Positions 10,709-23,244 of a stretch of DNA of 64,000 nt are shown piece after piece. Source of the stretch: Malacoraja senta. Lineage: Eukaryota. Location of the stretch: positions 8,372,001-8,436,000 of the forward strand of contig CM075993.1 in assembly GCA_038087875.1 (NCBI GenBank). Reading direction: 5' to 3'. The position numbers and the translations under genes were made by a program. Each line of letters starts with the position of its first letter. The first letter of the stretch is position 1. The notes beneath the pieces are model-generated. The model did not search any database. It saw nothing but the letters and a program-made list of their open reading frames with translations, and was not told the origin of the DNA.

Positions 10709-12346
10709 CAGTGCCCTCCATAATGTTTGGGACAAAGACCCATAATTTATTTATTTGCCTCTGTGCCCCACAATTTGAGATTTGTAATTTAAAAAATCAC
10801 ATGTGGATAAAGTGCACATTGTCAGATTTTATTAAAGGCCATTTTAATATATTTTGGTTTCACCATGTAGAAATTACAGCTGTGTTTATACATAGTTCAC
10901 CCATTTCAGGGCACCATAAAGTTTGGGACACGTCTTCACAAGCGTTTATAATTGCTCAGGTGTGTTTAATTGCCTCCTTAATGCAGATATAAGAGATCTC
11001 TCAACACCAAGTCTTTCCATCACTTTTGGAAACTTGTATTGCTGTTTATCAACATGAGGACTATAGTTGTGCCAATGAAAGTCAAAGAAGCCATTATGAG
11101 ACTGAGAAACAAGAATAAAACTGTTTGAGACATCAGCCAAACCGTAGGCTTACCAAAATCAACTGTTTGGAACATCATTAAGAAGAAAGAGAGCACTTGT
11201 GAGCTTACTAATTGCAAAGGGACTGGCAGGCCAAGGAAGACCTCCACAGCTGATGACAGAAGAATTCTCTCTATAATAAAGAAAAAAGACCAAACACCTG
11301 TCCGACAGATCAGAAACACTCTTCAGGAGTCAGGTGTGGATTTGTCAATGACTACTGTTCGCAGAAGACTTCATCAACAGAAATACAGAGGCTACACTGC
11401 AAGATGCAAACCACTGGTTAGCCGCATAAATAGAATGGCCGGGTTACAGTTTGCCAAGAAGTACTTAAAAGAGCATCCACAGTTCTGGAAAGAGGTTTTG
11501 TGGACAGATGAGATGAAGATTAACTTATATCAGAGTGATGGCAAGAGCAAAGTATGGAGGAGAGAAGGAACTGCCCAAGATCCAAAGCATACCACCTCAT
11601 CTGTGAAACACGGTGGTGGGGGTGTTATGGCCTGGGCATGTATGGCTGCTGAAGGTACCAGCTCACTTATCTTCATTGATGATACAACTGCTGATGGTAG
11701 TAGCATAATGAATTCTGAAGTGTATAGACACATCCTATCTGCTCAAGTTCAAACAAATGCCTCAAAACTCATTGGCCGGCGGTTCATTCTACAGCAAGAC
11801 AATGATCCCAAACATACTGCTAAAGCAACAAAGGAGTTTTTCAAAGCTAAAAAATGGTAAATTCTTGAGTGGCCAAGTCAATCACCCGATCTGAACCCAA
11901 TTGAGCATGCCTTTTATATGCTGAAGAGAAAACTGAAGGGGACTAGCCCCCAAAACAAGCATAAGCTAAAGATGGCTGCAATACAGGCCTGGCAGAGCAT
12001 CACCAGAGAAGACACCCAGCAACTGGTGATGTCCATAAATCGCAGACTTCAAGCAGTCATTGCATGCAAAGATATGCAACAAAATACTAAACATGACTAC
12101 TTTCATTTACATGACATTGTTGTGTCGCAAACATTATGATGCCCTGAAATGGGGAGACTACGTATAAACACTGCTGAAATTTCTACATGGTGAAACCAAA
12201 ATGTTTAAAATTGGCCTTTATTAAAATCTGACAATGTGCACTTTAACCACATGTGATTTTTTTTCTATTGCAAATCTCAAATTGTGGAGTACAGAGGCAA
12301 ATTTTAAATGCCTGGGTCTTTGTCCCAGGCATTATGGAGGGCCCTG
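10709..12346 (+). mobile_element. Tc1-family DNA transposon with ~220 bp IR/DR-type terminal inverted repeats
   Basis: Left CAGTGCCCTCCATAATGTTTGGGACAAAGACC; right GGTCTTTGTCCCAGGCATTATGGAGGGCCCTG. Inner direct repeats at ~10909 and ~12122. Right flank is TA; left flank is CA (mutated). Confidence 0.93.
11054..12090 (+). pseudogene. Inactivated Tc1 DD34E transposase
   Basis: GRPRKT, WTDE, KHGGG, QQDNDPKH and WPSQSPDLNPIE motifs, with D-E spacing of 34. Stops at ~11126 and 11858, and a 1-nt deletion near the C-terminus (..ACK[G]YATKY*). Confidence 0.92.
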
Positions 12347-12959
12347 TATACCAAACCAATTAACCTAGAAACCTGTACATCTTTGGAGTGTTGGAGGAGA
12401 AAACCCACGCAGGTCACGGGGAGAACGTACAAATTCTGTACAGACTGCACCCGTAGTCAGGATCAAACCGAGTCTCTGGCGCTGAAAGGCAATAATTCTA
12501 CAGCTACGTCGCCGTGCTGCCCGTGAAAGGAGATTAGGAAAAGCGTAGTTAAAGTAAGAAATACTGCTGTTGGAGTAGAGATTTAAAAGGGTGGAACGAT
12601 GGTAACGTGATTGCAGATCCACTTCTGCGATCAGTCGCCTGGCTTGGGAGCCATCTTGAATCCGCATGGTGCAAGCATTGAGAAGTTTCTAGGACAGTGA
12701 TGATCTCTTCTTCAGAAAAACTAAACGTTATTGGTCATCTTTCAGGTTCTGAAAGAATTTGCAAGAGTAGACAGTGATGTTTCTACCTGTAAAGAAGGCT
12801 TAAACTCGGCTATGAATAAAACCTCGTATTAGTACATCTAATGTGCAATTCAGGAAATACTTCTGTACTCGTGGAATTTAAGGTAAAATTGCATATATGC
12901 TTTTAGCAATTAGTAGTGTAAAACAGACAAGGGAAAAGGGAAATAGATTGATGGCGTTA

Positions 12960-13316
12960 GGTTGAAAAGATGCAAGAACCTTGCGAAAAACCCTTGTGGA
13001 TTAGAGGGGATTAGTTACAAGGAGAAATTGGACGGACCTTTGGTGGAACACTGGAGGTTGAGGGGAGAACGAATAGAAGAATATAAAGTGATGAGAGGTA
13101 TGGTTAGTGTAGAACCTTTAGGCGGGTGCCTGGTTCACACTGCCAGGGTAGTAGTGGAGGCATATACGATAGTGGTGTTTAAATAGGGACATAGATATCC
13201 AGGGAATGGAGGGATATGCATCACATACAGGCAGATGAGATTAGATTATCTTGGCATCTTGTATCAGACATTGTGGACTGAAGAGCCTATTCCAGTGTTG
13301 TACTTTTTTATGTTCT
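12960..13316 (+). mobile_element. Decayed CR1-like LINE 3' fragment
   Basis: GLEGISYKEKLD..RLRG..YKVMRG remnant plus a CR1-type tail. Confidence 0.6.
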
Positions 13317-14345
13317 GTCAACCGTGTGTGGAGTGAAACACTTTCATTTCCATGTGGGTCAACTGGTTGTTGTTTTTTTAAGCTGTTTGCATTGTACTTC
13401 ATGGCTGCTGGGAATCAAGGGAAGAGCCACTTCTCTTTTTCTTCCCTCTCAATTCGTTACCACCCTGCCCTCCATTTCTCCCAGCCAGGGGAAACTGCTT
13501 ACCCTATGAATGTCAAAAGGACCATTGTAACAGCAAAGCTGTACTTTTGTAGCTCATTTATTCCTGGGCTGATCTTCGCTTTGCTTTTTAACAAAAGCCC
13601 AGCAGACTCAGTTTGTTGTGCAATGAAGCAACTGAAGTGGCTAACCTTTCGAAACATTTATTTTCTCTTTTCTATATAGATTAGAGATCACCATTTAAAT
13701 CCTTAGAAACACTGAGGGAGGTTACTCACTGAGCGATGTCTGTGCGCCTGGTACCGCTCTTACAGGAGCTAGGGCCTCGACAATAGTGGTCCAAATTGTT
13801 CATTCAGTTCATTGTGGGGAAACACCTGCTTTTTGATTTGAAGTCTGCACCATCTGCAGAGCTGTGGCCTTGGACATTACATTGTTATTTTGTGCTCCCG
13901 CCTGCATTTAAATCTCGTTTCCAACGACAGTCACTAAATTGTGCATCGAAAATGCTTAGACCGTGAACATTGTGATGTGTGTGTAAAATGTGATGCTTTT
14001 TTTTGCCTGGTTGAATTAGAGAAGAAATTTGATTTGTTGTTATACTGGAGGAGAAATCGTTTGATCCATTGATTCCATGGTAGCTCAGCCTCGAGGAAAC
14101 CATCCTTTCCTGTTGCCCTGTAGGTTTTCCCTTTTGAATGTCTTCCCCCCCCCCATGCAAGCACTAATTCACTCTGTTTCCACCATCCTTTCAGACAGTA
14201 GATTCCATAAATTAACTTTGTTGAAGTAGCCATAACGAAGGCTTTAAATGTTCGGTTCTTACCTAACATGTTTTATATCAACTAAGCAGATTTACTTTCA
14301 GGCTTTTCATGCTTTAAAGGGAAAGTCACCAATTTGTTTTACTGT

Positions 14346-14621
14346 AAAGATACAGCGTGGAAACAGTCCCTTCAGCCCACCGAGTCCTATCCCCGTACAC
14401 TAGCACTATCTTACACACTAGTGACAATTTTTCCCAAAGCCAATTAACCTACAAACCTGTACATCTTCGGAGTGTGGGAGGAAGCCAGTCCACCTGTGGA
14501 AATCCCAAGCAGTCACGGGGAGAATGTACAAAGTCTGTACAGACAGCACCAGTAGTCAGGATCGAACCTGAGTCTCTGGCGCTGTAAGGCAGCAACTTTA
14601 CCGCTGTGCCACTGTGCTGCC
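14346..14621 (-). mobile_element. HE1/V-SINE
   Basis: Antisense of the tRNA head, V core and tail consensus seen at 5621. Confidence 0.8.
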
Positions 14622-14795
14622 TCTCAAATCAAAAATTAAATACTTGACTTTCACCTCTGGTACCTGAGGTTCGAACTGGGTTTAAAACGGTGAGTTTGAT
14701 GCATCCTCTGCCTGGCTGCTGAACTGAGAGGGTTTGATGAACTGAGATTGGCGGTCTCCCTGCATGCTTGCAGTCCCAGTGAGCTACAACGGGAG

Positions 14796-14954
14796 TGTAG
14801 GAAGGAACTGCAGATGCTTGTTTAAACTGAAGATAGACACTAAATGCTGGAGTAACTCAGTGGGAGAGGCAGCATCTTTGGAGAGAAGGAATGGGTGACA
14901 TTTTGGGTCGAGACCCTGAAGGTGCCTGTCCCTCCAGCATTTTGTGTCTATCTT
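14796..14954. repeat. Penelope pLTR-derived element with imperfect 15-bp TSD
   Basis: Flanked by GAGCTACAACGGGAG and GAGCTCCAATGGGAG. Confidence 0.7.
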
Positions 14955-15419
14955 CGAGCTCCAATGGGAGCTGACCCTACCAGCAATATATGGGCATGTT
15001 CACAGAGTCTCTTGTGTGATCCGGGTGGGATATAAATAAAAGCATATGATGGACATTATGGAGGCTGAGTTGATGGTGCTTTGCTAGGCATTGATTAACA
15101 GACAGAAAATGAAGAGTCGGTATTAATGGGACTTTTTGGATAAGGAAGCTGTAAATAGTGTGATGCCTCGGGGACTATTGCTGAGGCTCCAGCTGTCCAC
15201 ATCTATATTAATGAGAGGCAAGTGTAATATATCCAAGTTTGTTGATAATGCAGAGATAGAGCCAGACAGCATGGACACAGACCATCGGTGCTGTTTCTGT
15301 ACCTCTAGTTTCCCTCTTCCCCGACTCTATCACAAGAAGGGTCTCAACCCGAAACGCTACCTATTTCTTTTCTCCTGGATTTCTGCTGAGTTACTCCAGC
15401 ATTTTGTGTTATTCTTTGA

Positions 15420-15925
15420 TAGAAACAAGCCCTTTGGCCAAACTCATCCATACCAACCAAGTTACCCAATCGAGCAAGTGCCTGTTCCTGGCCCATATTC
15501 CTCCAAACCTTTCCTATCCATGCACCTGTCCAAGTGACTTTTTAATGTCATAATTGTACCAACCTCTTCTTCATCTGGCAGTGTGATCCATGTACACACC
15601 ACCCTCCGTGTGAGAAAGTTGTCTCTCAGGTTCCCTTTAATTCTTTTCCTTCTCAGCTTAAACTTATGCCCTCCCGTTATGGACTCCCCTAACTTAGAGA
15701 AAAGACGGTAGCTATTCACTTTGTCTATTTACCTCATGATTTTATTAACCTCTGTAAGGTCGCCCTTCATCTTTCTATGCTCCAGGGAAAATAAATCCAG
15801 CTTATTCTCCTTGTAAATCAAACCCTCCACACCCGGTAGCATCCTCGTGAATCTTTCTTTGCACCCTTCCACTTTAATGACATCCTTCCTGTAGCAGGGC
15901 GACCAGAACTGTACAAAATACCCCG
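15420..15925 (-). mobile_element. CR1/HER1-like LINE 3' fragment
   Basis: ORFs with YFVQFWSPCYRKD..RFTRMLPG and GHKFKL..NFLTRRVV. Confidence 0.75.
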
Positions 15926-16046
15926 TGGCCTTGCCGTACTCCAAATGCAGCTTTTCCAATGGGTTACTGATGATTGGCAGTGTGGTTATTGAGTCAGAGA
16001 GCAGTGCAGCATGTAAGCAGGCCCTTCAGCCCAACCTGTCCATGCT

Positions 16047-16800
16047 GTCCAAGGGCTAGTCCTATTTAGACACAATATGCTGGAGTAACTCAGCGGGGCA
16101 GGCAGCCTCTTTGGAGAGAAGAAATGGGTGCGTTTTGGGTCAAAACCCTTCTTCAGACTAAGAGTCAGGGGCAGGGGAGATACAGCGATAAGGAAGGGTA
16201 AGGTGTGAGAACGAGACATCAAAGGGGGTGGAGATCAAGGAAAGTGTGGATCATTGTTAGCTATGGGGAAGGTGACAAAGCAAACAAATAAAATGTAATT
16301 AGGGACAGTTAGACTGGTTGGGGAACTGGGAAGGGGGAGGGATGGAGAGTGAGGGAAAGCAATGGTTAATTGAAGTTAGAGAAGACAATATTCATACCGC
16401 TGAGGTGTAAACTGCCCAAGTGAAAGATGAGGTGCTGTTCCTCCAAGTGCACTGGGCCTAACTCTGACCATGGAGGAGGCCCAGGACAGAAAGGTCAGTG
16501 GGAATGGGAGGTGGAGTTAAAGTGTTTAGCAACCGGGAGATCAGGTAGGTTTAGGTGAACTGAGCAGAGGTGTTCAGCGAAACGATCGCCAAGCAGCCCT
16601 TAGTCTCGCCGATATACAGGAGTCCACACCTGGAACAGCGGATACATTAGATGAGATTGGAGGAGGTGCAAGTGAACCTCTGCCTCACCTGAAAAGACTT
16701 GGGGTCCTTGGATGATGTCGAGGGAGGAGGTATAAGGACAGGTGTTGCAGGGGAAAGTACCTGGGGAGGGGCTGGTTTGGGTAGGAAGGAACAAGTTAAC
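16047..16800 (-). mobile_element. Penelope-like retroelement 3' part (GIY-YIG endonuclease plus pLTR)
   Basis: Minus strand FQVRQRFTCTSSNLI*CIRCSRCGLLYIGET..DLSVLGLL..LGSL..SGMNI. It is followed by a pLTR with a hammerhead-like core near 16130-16158. Confidence 0.85.
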
Positions 16801-16849
16801 TGTAACGAGTTAGTCCTATTTCCCTGCATTTGGTCTCTGTGAGGGTGGT

Positions 16850-17272
16850 GCAGGGAGGTATTTGGTAATACCTGCCTTCAGAGGCCGACTCATTATATAA
16901 GAGTTGGGATATTATGTTGCAGTTGTACAAAGCATCGGTTAGACCGCACCCGGAATATTGTGTACCTTTCTTGTCATCACAATGTATGGAGTATGTGGTA
17001 GCAATAAAGAGAGTGCAGTAGAGATTAACCAGGATGTCTCCTGCAATGGAGGGCTGGAGTAACAAGAAGCAACTCTATTTTTCACACTGAAGTTGGGGAT
17101 TAAATGGAGGAAACTGCCAGAGGAGGTGGCGGAGGTAGATAGTATTATGACATTTGAAGAAGCACATGGATAGGATAGGAGTAGATGGATATGGGCCTAA
17201 TGTAGATAGGCATCATGGTCAGCATTGCCAGCGACGGCTGTAGAGCCGGTTCACTGCTGTGTGATTCTGTGA
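16850..17272 (+). mobile_element. Decayed CR1-like LINE fragment
   Basis: LYKASVRPHPEYCV..RLTRM remnant plus tail. Confidence 0.6.
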
Positions 17273-17927
17273 TTTGTTTGTCAGGGCTGATGGAGTAGAT
17301 GTAATGTTATCTTTCCTTGTTGACGAAAACCAGTGATAGTCTCAAAATAAGCCACTCATAACGGAGACGAAAAGTAATCTTCACCCAGAGGGTAGCGAAA
17401 GACTGGAGGCTCTTTTATTTTGAATTTGTAAATGAAGGGAATCGATGCATACGAGGTTTGTGCTTGAGGTGAAAGATCAGTCATGATCTTATTAAATAAC
17501 AAGGCAGGCGCTAGGGTTTACATAGCCTAAATCCTCTATTTGTCAAGTTCATATCTAACTGTGTTCTTCTGGCCATTGATGCCTGACTAGTGGATGCAAG
17601 GCTGTGATCATCAGTGTAAATTGCTTTCAAACTTAACTGCCCTCATGTTTTTAGTGCAGCTCTTCCTGCATTGTTCAGTCGAAGCAATTGATGACCTGAC
17701 TTGGAGTGATATTCTGGTTAGTGTGTATGTCAATCATAATATGCCATAATATTAGATGAAACCAGAGCACAAGAGGCTCTTGTGTCAGATTATCTGATTT
17801 GGACTAGTTGTGCTGAACAATATCTGTTTCTCTACCATTAGAATCAATGTAATTCTATGTAATGGACTTGTCCTTTGCAGTTCACCCTCTGTTGCATCTT
17901 TGTAGATTGCCTTGCCTTTTTCACTCT

Positions 17928-18219
17928 GGGCGGTGACGAGTGGTAGAGTTGCTGCCTTATAGCGCTTGCAACGCCGGTGACCCGGGTTCGGTCCCGACTA
18001 CAGGTGCTGTCGGTACGGAGTTTGTACCTTCTCCCCGTGACCGCGTGGGCTTTCTCCGGGCTTTCTTCCAAAGTCGTACAGATTTGTAGGTTAATTGGCT
18101 TGGTATAAGTGTAAATTGTCCCTTGTGTGTGTGTAGGACAGTGTTAATGGGCGGGGATCGCTGGTTGGCGTGGGCCGAAGGGCCTGTTTCCACACTGTAT
18201 TTCTAAACTTAAACCTAAA
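17928..18219 (+). mobile_element. HE1/V-SINE
   Basis: tRNA-like head GGTAGAGTTGCTGCCTTA..GGTTCGGTCC and GGGCCGAAGGGCCTGTTTCC tail. Confidence 0.8.
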
Positions 18220-18430
18220 ATTCACTCAATTTCCACTTTCCATCTTTCCATCATATTTCATCAGCTATTCTGACTATTCATGTATTTTGTCCAAATCATT
18301 CTGTAATTACCATCCTCTTGCCACTGATACCAGGACCACTCCTGGTTAGGTAAATGGAAAGGTGACTAATGATCCCCAGCATTGATCAGAGAAGTATCCT
18401 GTTAAAAAAAATATCCATAATATCCACTCT

Positions 18431-18550
18431 GTTTAAGAAAGAACTGCAGATGCTGGAAAAATCGAAGGTAGACAAAACTGCTGGAGAAACTCAGTGGGTG
18501 ATGGAGCGAATGAATAGGTGACGTTTCAGGTCGAGACCCTTCTTCAGACT
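18431..18550 (-). repeat. Penelope pLTR (second subfamily) with hammerhead core
   Basis: Minus strand 18547-18520 = CTGAAGAAGGGTCTCGACCTGAAACGTC; flanked by a TCCACTCT TSD-like repeat. Confidence 0.7.
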
Positions 18551-21500
18551 TCAGAATTTCCACTCTTGTTAGTTTTACCTTGAATCATTGGTGGTCTATA
18601 ATTAGTATATATTTATATGGAACAGTGTAAAGCTGTGTTCAGTGCTATCCATCCATGCTGAGTGCAGGTTGAACATTTAATGTTTTTTGAAATAATCTGC
18701 TTGTTGGCATCCAATGTATCCCATTAGTTATAATAAATTGATGCAAAAGGAATATTCTAATTTTTAAGAGATTCTGATGAAGGGTCTCAACCCAAAACAT
18801 CACCTGCTCCTTTTCTCCAGGGATGTTGCCTGACCCGCTGAGTTACTCCAGCATTTTGTGTCTATCTTCAGTGAAAACCAGCAACGGCAGTTCCTTCCTT
18901 CACATTCTAATTTTTCTGTCCTTTTATGTGCTCACTCCTGTAGTCTTCTGTGATCTTGAGATTTTGGGCTTTACGGCCCTATGCTATGAAGTTCCAAATA
19001 TAAACCTCTTTGCTTTTGCCCCATTTCCGCGCCTTTTTCCACGCTCTGACGTCTAAAGGGTATGACCAGCATAATTGAATATAATATATTCCCAATTTTC
19101 CCATCTTTACAAATTTACTCTAGTTGGTTCACAAACTTATACAACTAAAGGAGCAACAGCGCTTCTTAGCTGGTTAGGATTATGATTAAAATAAGTTGAG
19201 TTATGCCGTGAGATCATGCAGAATCCCACGGAGAAACAGACTGTGTGACCCATCTCCAGCAGGTTACAGTTTATGCTGCAAGGGGTTCCTTCCACTCCTC
19301 TTCTACTGACCTTATTACTGTTTATTTTATTCCTTTGTTGTGCTTGCCTAACTTTCGCTCAAATGCCGTTATATCATTCATCTCAATTATTCCCCTAGAG
19401 TGACTTCCACACACTCAACACTCAATTCCCCATTGGATTTATTAGTGACCGTCTTAAACTTTTGACCAAAAGCTGCAGTTAGAAATCTGAAATTAAAAAG
19501 ATGCTGGAATTCAGCAAATCTGGGAATTTATGATCCCTGATTTTGATCTCCCGCCAAATGCAAATATCATTTTCCCATCGATCCTGTTTTAGAATCTCGA
19601 GGACTGCTTGCATCATCACCCCTCAATTTTCTTTTTGTAAAGTCTTGGCTTGTTCAATCTTTTCAGATATAATTCCTGTAACTTTTTTAATCTTATCCAG
19701 TACATCTCAGTATTGTGTAGGAAGGAACTGACGACGCTGGCTTACACTGAAGATAGACACATGCTGGAGTAATTCAGTGGGTCAGAGAGCATCTCTGGAG
19801 AAAAGGAAGAGGTGACGTTTTAGGTCGAGACCCTTCCTCAGAATCTCAATATTAATTGCTTGAAGACCTGAATTGTCTTGAATATTCTGCGAGGTCTTTC
19901 CGCGATTCCATGCATATTTTCAAACACAAACCTCAGTATTCCAGTTTTGTTTCCTTGGCAATGATCGCTGATGCTTTGAAGTTCCCTTGGTGCCCTGTCT
20001 CAAGTTTTAGTGGTTTTGTCCTTTAAGCTATATCATACTGAAACAGTTACATTTATTTGGTACCTAAATGTCCAGCCTACAACTTTATTAATTAGTTGTA
20101 ATTTTATTTTGAACTCATAACTGTTACTAACTCTAAAGTAGCAGCTACTCTCAGCTGCCCCACCAATATTTGGGCTTTAGGCACAGTTTGAAATTGTGCT
20201 TCCAATTCCCAAGCCCAAGTCATTGAAGTAAATGATGAACAGCAGTGGTCCCAGCACCAATCCTTTTGAATCATCATTTCCCTTTGTTGCATGTTAGAGT
20301 GCCCATATCTTTTCTAGTTCACAAATAATTTGTTATTCATGCTGCTACTTATCCCTGATTGCGTGGCAATTTTAGTCGTGAATTTATCATGCAACATGAT
20401 ATTGAAGTCATTGTGAAAATCCAAAAATATATTATTGACATCCTCACCTGTATCTATTTATTCTACTTCACGTAATTTGTTGAGGTTAGCCTTGCAAAGC
20501 ACGATATTTCCATTTGAAATTATGTTGAGTATTCATCATCTTTTTGCTTTCTGGATTAAAGGTTTGAATATACTACGGTATTAAAACTAAGCTTGCACTT
20601 CAGCTAGGTCTGCTGAACTTAAATGGGAGAAATGCCATCTCTGGGTGAGAATGTTGGGACTCTAAGCCCCATCGTGGTCGTAGACATCTCCCTGTCAAAA
20701 AACCCCACTCGCCTGTGATGACCTATTACCTGCCATGCCTTGCCTTTGCCCTTTCCAGCTTCACAATCAGTCTGAAGAAGGGTCTCAACCCAAAACGTCA
20801 CCTATCTATGTCCCCCAAAGATGCTGCCAGACCCACTGAGTTACTCCAGCACGCGGTGTACATTTTAAGCCCCATCATAGACTTGACTCGGCTCCAACAC
20901 GTAGCTGCTGTGGCAGTGTTCACAGGGCATGGAGTGCCACCGATATCCAACTTCAATTCCTCACTTCCAATTCTTTTTTGATCCCAATACAAGATCATGT
21001 GTGCAAAATGGTCACTGCTAACATAATAGCGCTAACATTTCAAAACTATTCGAGGAATACGTGCCACCTCTGATTAAAAATAAAAAAAAACACTGTCACG
21101 ATATTTCTCTATCTTGAAGGGTTGTAAAATTCTGGCCTTTCCCAATCTGTTGTTTGTCGTATTGAAATGAAAGATCGTGGAGTGTTATCCCAAGCAGCTG
21201 CTCTGTAGATGAACAGGCAGCTGTTACAGGTGGAAGCTTACATTTAGAAACGCAGGGATGCAAATTTATTTTTCAATTAGTTTGCTGATCCTTTCGCGTG
21301 TCTTGTTTCCCCTCTGCCTCTACCCTACAATTTTGGTGAAAATGCTGTAATGTGCTTGATGACCTGTTTGAGGTCAATTTGCACCTGAAGGGAAAGATGG
21401 GCTAATGATTTGGGTGTTGGTCATGGTTAGACGCAGAAGAGTTGTACTCATTAAAGATCATTTATTGCATTGGTGAATATAGGTCAACGCTTGTGCAAGA

Positions 21501-21589
21501 TAACACAAGTGTTACGCACAGGTGTTTATTTTTACCACTGCCCCCAAACAGGCAGGAGTTCAAATCTTGTGTCTTTCAATAAAGCATCA

Positions 21590-21788
21590 ATGCTGGAGTA
21601 GCTCTGTGGGTCAGGCTGCATCTCTGGAAGACATGGTTAGATGACATTTCGAGTCGGGACCCTTCTTCAGACTATCCGTTCTCCAAAGATGCTGCCCGAC
21701 CCACTGAAGAAGGAACCTGACCTGAAACATCGCTTGTCCGTGTCTTCCAGAGATGCCGTCTGACCTATGAGTGATTCCAGCACTTTGT
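21590..21788. repeat. pLTR-derived fold-back element ~550 bp upstream of ZNF609 exon 2
   Basis: Inverted copies of the pLTR unit with degenerate hammerhead cores. Confidence 0.65.
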
Positions 21789-22340
21789 AAAATTGAAGCG
21801 TATCAGGCTTGCAGTGAAATATTGTTGGGCAGACTATTTTGCCTTGTGTTGGAAATGGTTTGTATCCTTAGTCTATGAAAGCAGAGACAATTTAAAGTTC
21901 ATGCATTTTTAACAATATTTTCTTGGCCGAGTCTTTGCATGCCATTGCAAACCTGTATTATTTGCGTGAGATTACATTTAGGTAAATTCTGTGGCATTGG
22001 CACCATGTGTGGTGAACGTGCACTGGGTTAATTGGGGTTACCTGTATCTAGAGAGATTTAAATCTTTGTTGTCCGCCTGCCTGCCAGCTTCGCAGCTAAT
22101 TATTGCTTTGATACTACATCTGTGTTTATGTGTGTCCTTTATATCGCCGCCCACAATTCATCTGTCATTACTTGGTACTCGTTAGCACCTGGTAAATTAT
22201 GCCTTTCTATATCTTGGTGGCTGGTAGATTAGAAAAGTAATTTTTCTAGGTTATCTGTGCTTGTTGAATTACTGGCTGGTGCTTTTTTGGTACACCAACA
22301 ATAAGTCTGTTTTTCATGCAGTTTTCCTTGCCTTTTCCAG

Positions 22341-22464
22341 GTGATAATGTATCCGCATCGAAGGAGAAGTTGTGAGGACTCTACGATAAGAACCTAACAC
22401 ACCAGCACCAGACTAGGCAACCGAGAAGAGAAAGGAATCTTTTCACAGGGAAGGTGAATCTAAG
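22341..22464 (+). other. ZNF609: 5' UTR part of ZNF609 exon 2
   Basis: Polypyrimidine acceptor TTTTCCTTGCCTTTTCCAG| ends at 22340. The TCTAAGATGTCC start context matches the recalled mammalian exon. Confidence 0.8.
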
Positions 22465-23244
22465 ATGTCCTTAAGTAGCAGCAGTTCAGCTGGGAAAGGT
22501 GTGGATTCGAATGCTGTTGATGCCTACGACAGTGGGGATGAGTGGGATATCGGAGTTGGGAATTTAATCATTGACTTGGACGCAGACTTGGAAAAGGACC
22601 AGCAGAAAATGGAGATGTCGGGATCGAAAGATGGGAGCATCCCAGTGCCAAGCGCCGTGGCAGCTCTACCAGAGAATATCAAGTTTGTCACTCCAGTTCA
22701 AGCACCGCAGGCCAAGGAGAGCAAATCGAAGGCTAAAAGGAGCAAAAATGCAAAGGAAGGAAGTAAATCTGTGTCTGCTGCTTCTCTCTACACTGTGGGA
22801 GAATCAGGAAATGGCAAGAAAGAAATGCAGGCACGGTCTGCAGAAATTGTGAATCCCAGTGGGCTGGGGTCATCTAACAGCACGTCCAAAGGATCAGAAA
22901 AAGGTCCAAAGACTGTTCGGAATGGAGCCGGATCAAAAAAGGACAAAGAGGGTGGATCCAGCAAAAGCAAAAAGGATAAAAGTGAGAGCAGTGGAGGTGT
23001 GCAGCTGCCTCCTGGGAACGATTCCAACGCTGCACAACAACTCGGGCTGGGGTCAGGGCCAAAGGGCAGCTCGTTTGAATGTGCTCCAAGCATAAGCTGC
23101 CCAGACGCGGCTGCCGTCCAAGTGCTGGATTTGGGAAACGCACCACTGGATAGCAACAGCATTTCCAACCTGCTGGGAATTAAACCCGAAACGGAGGAGG
23201 TCGACAGTGAGTGTCGACCACTGAAGAAGGTCAAGACAGAGAAG
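22465..23244 (+). CDS. ZNF609: Zinc finger protein 609, first coding exon (260 codons, phase-0 donor); the rest of the gene lies beyond the window
   Basis: MSLSS..KGVD..YDSGDEWDIGVGNLIIDLDADLEKDQQKMEMSGSK..NIKFVTPV..ECRPLKKVKTEK matches the ZNF609 N-terminus better than ZNF608. Donor AAG|GTAAGA at 23244/23245. Confidence 0.95.

Larger units (their letters stand above)
10611..12522 (-). mobile_element. HE1/V-SINE split by the Tc1 insertion
   Basis: The SINE 3' half (10611-10708) and 5' half (12347-12522) join seamlessly when 10709-12346 is removed. Confidence 0.8.
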
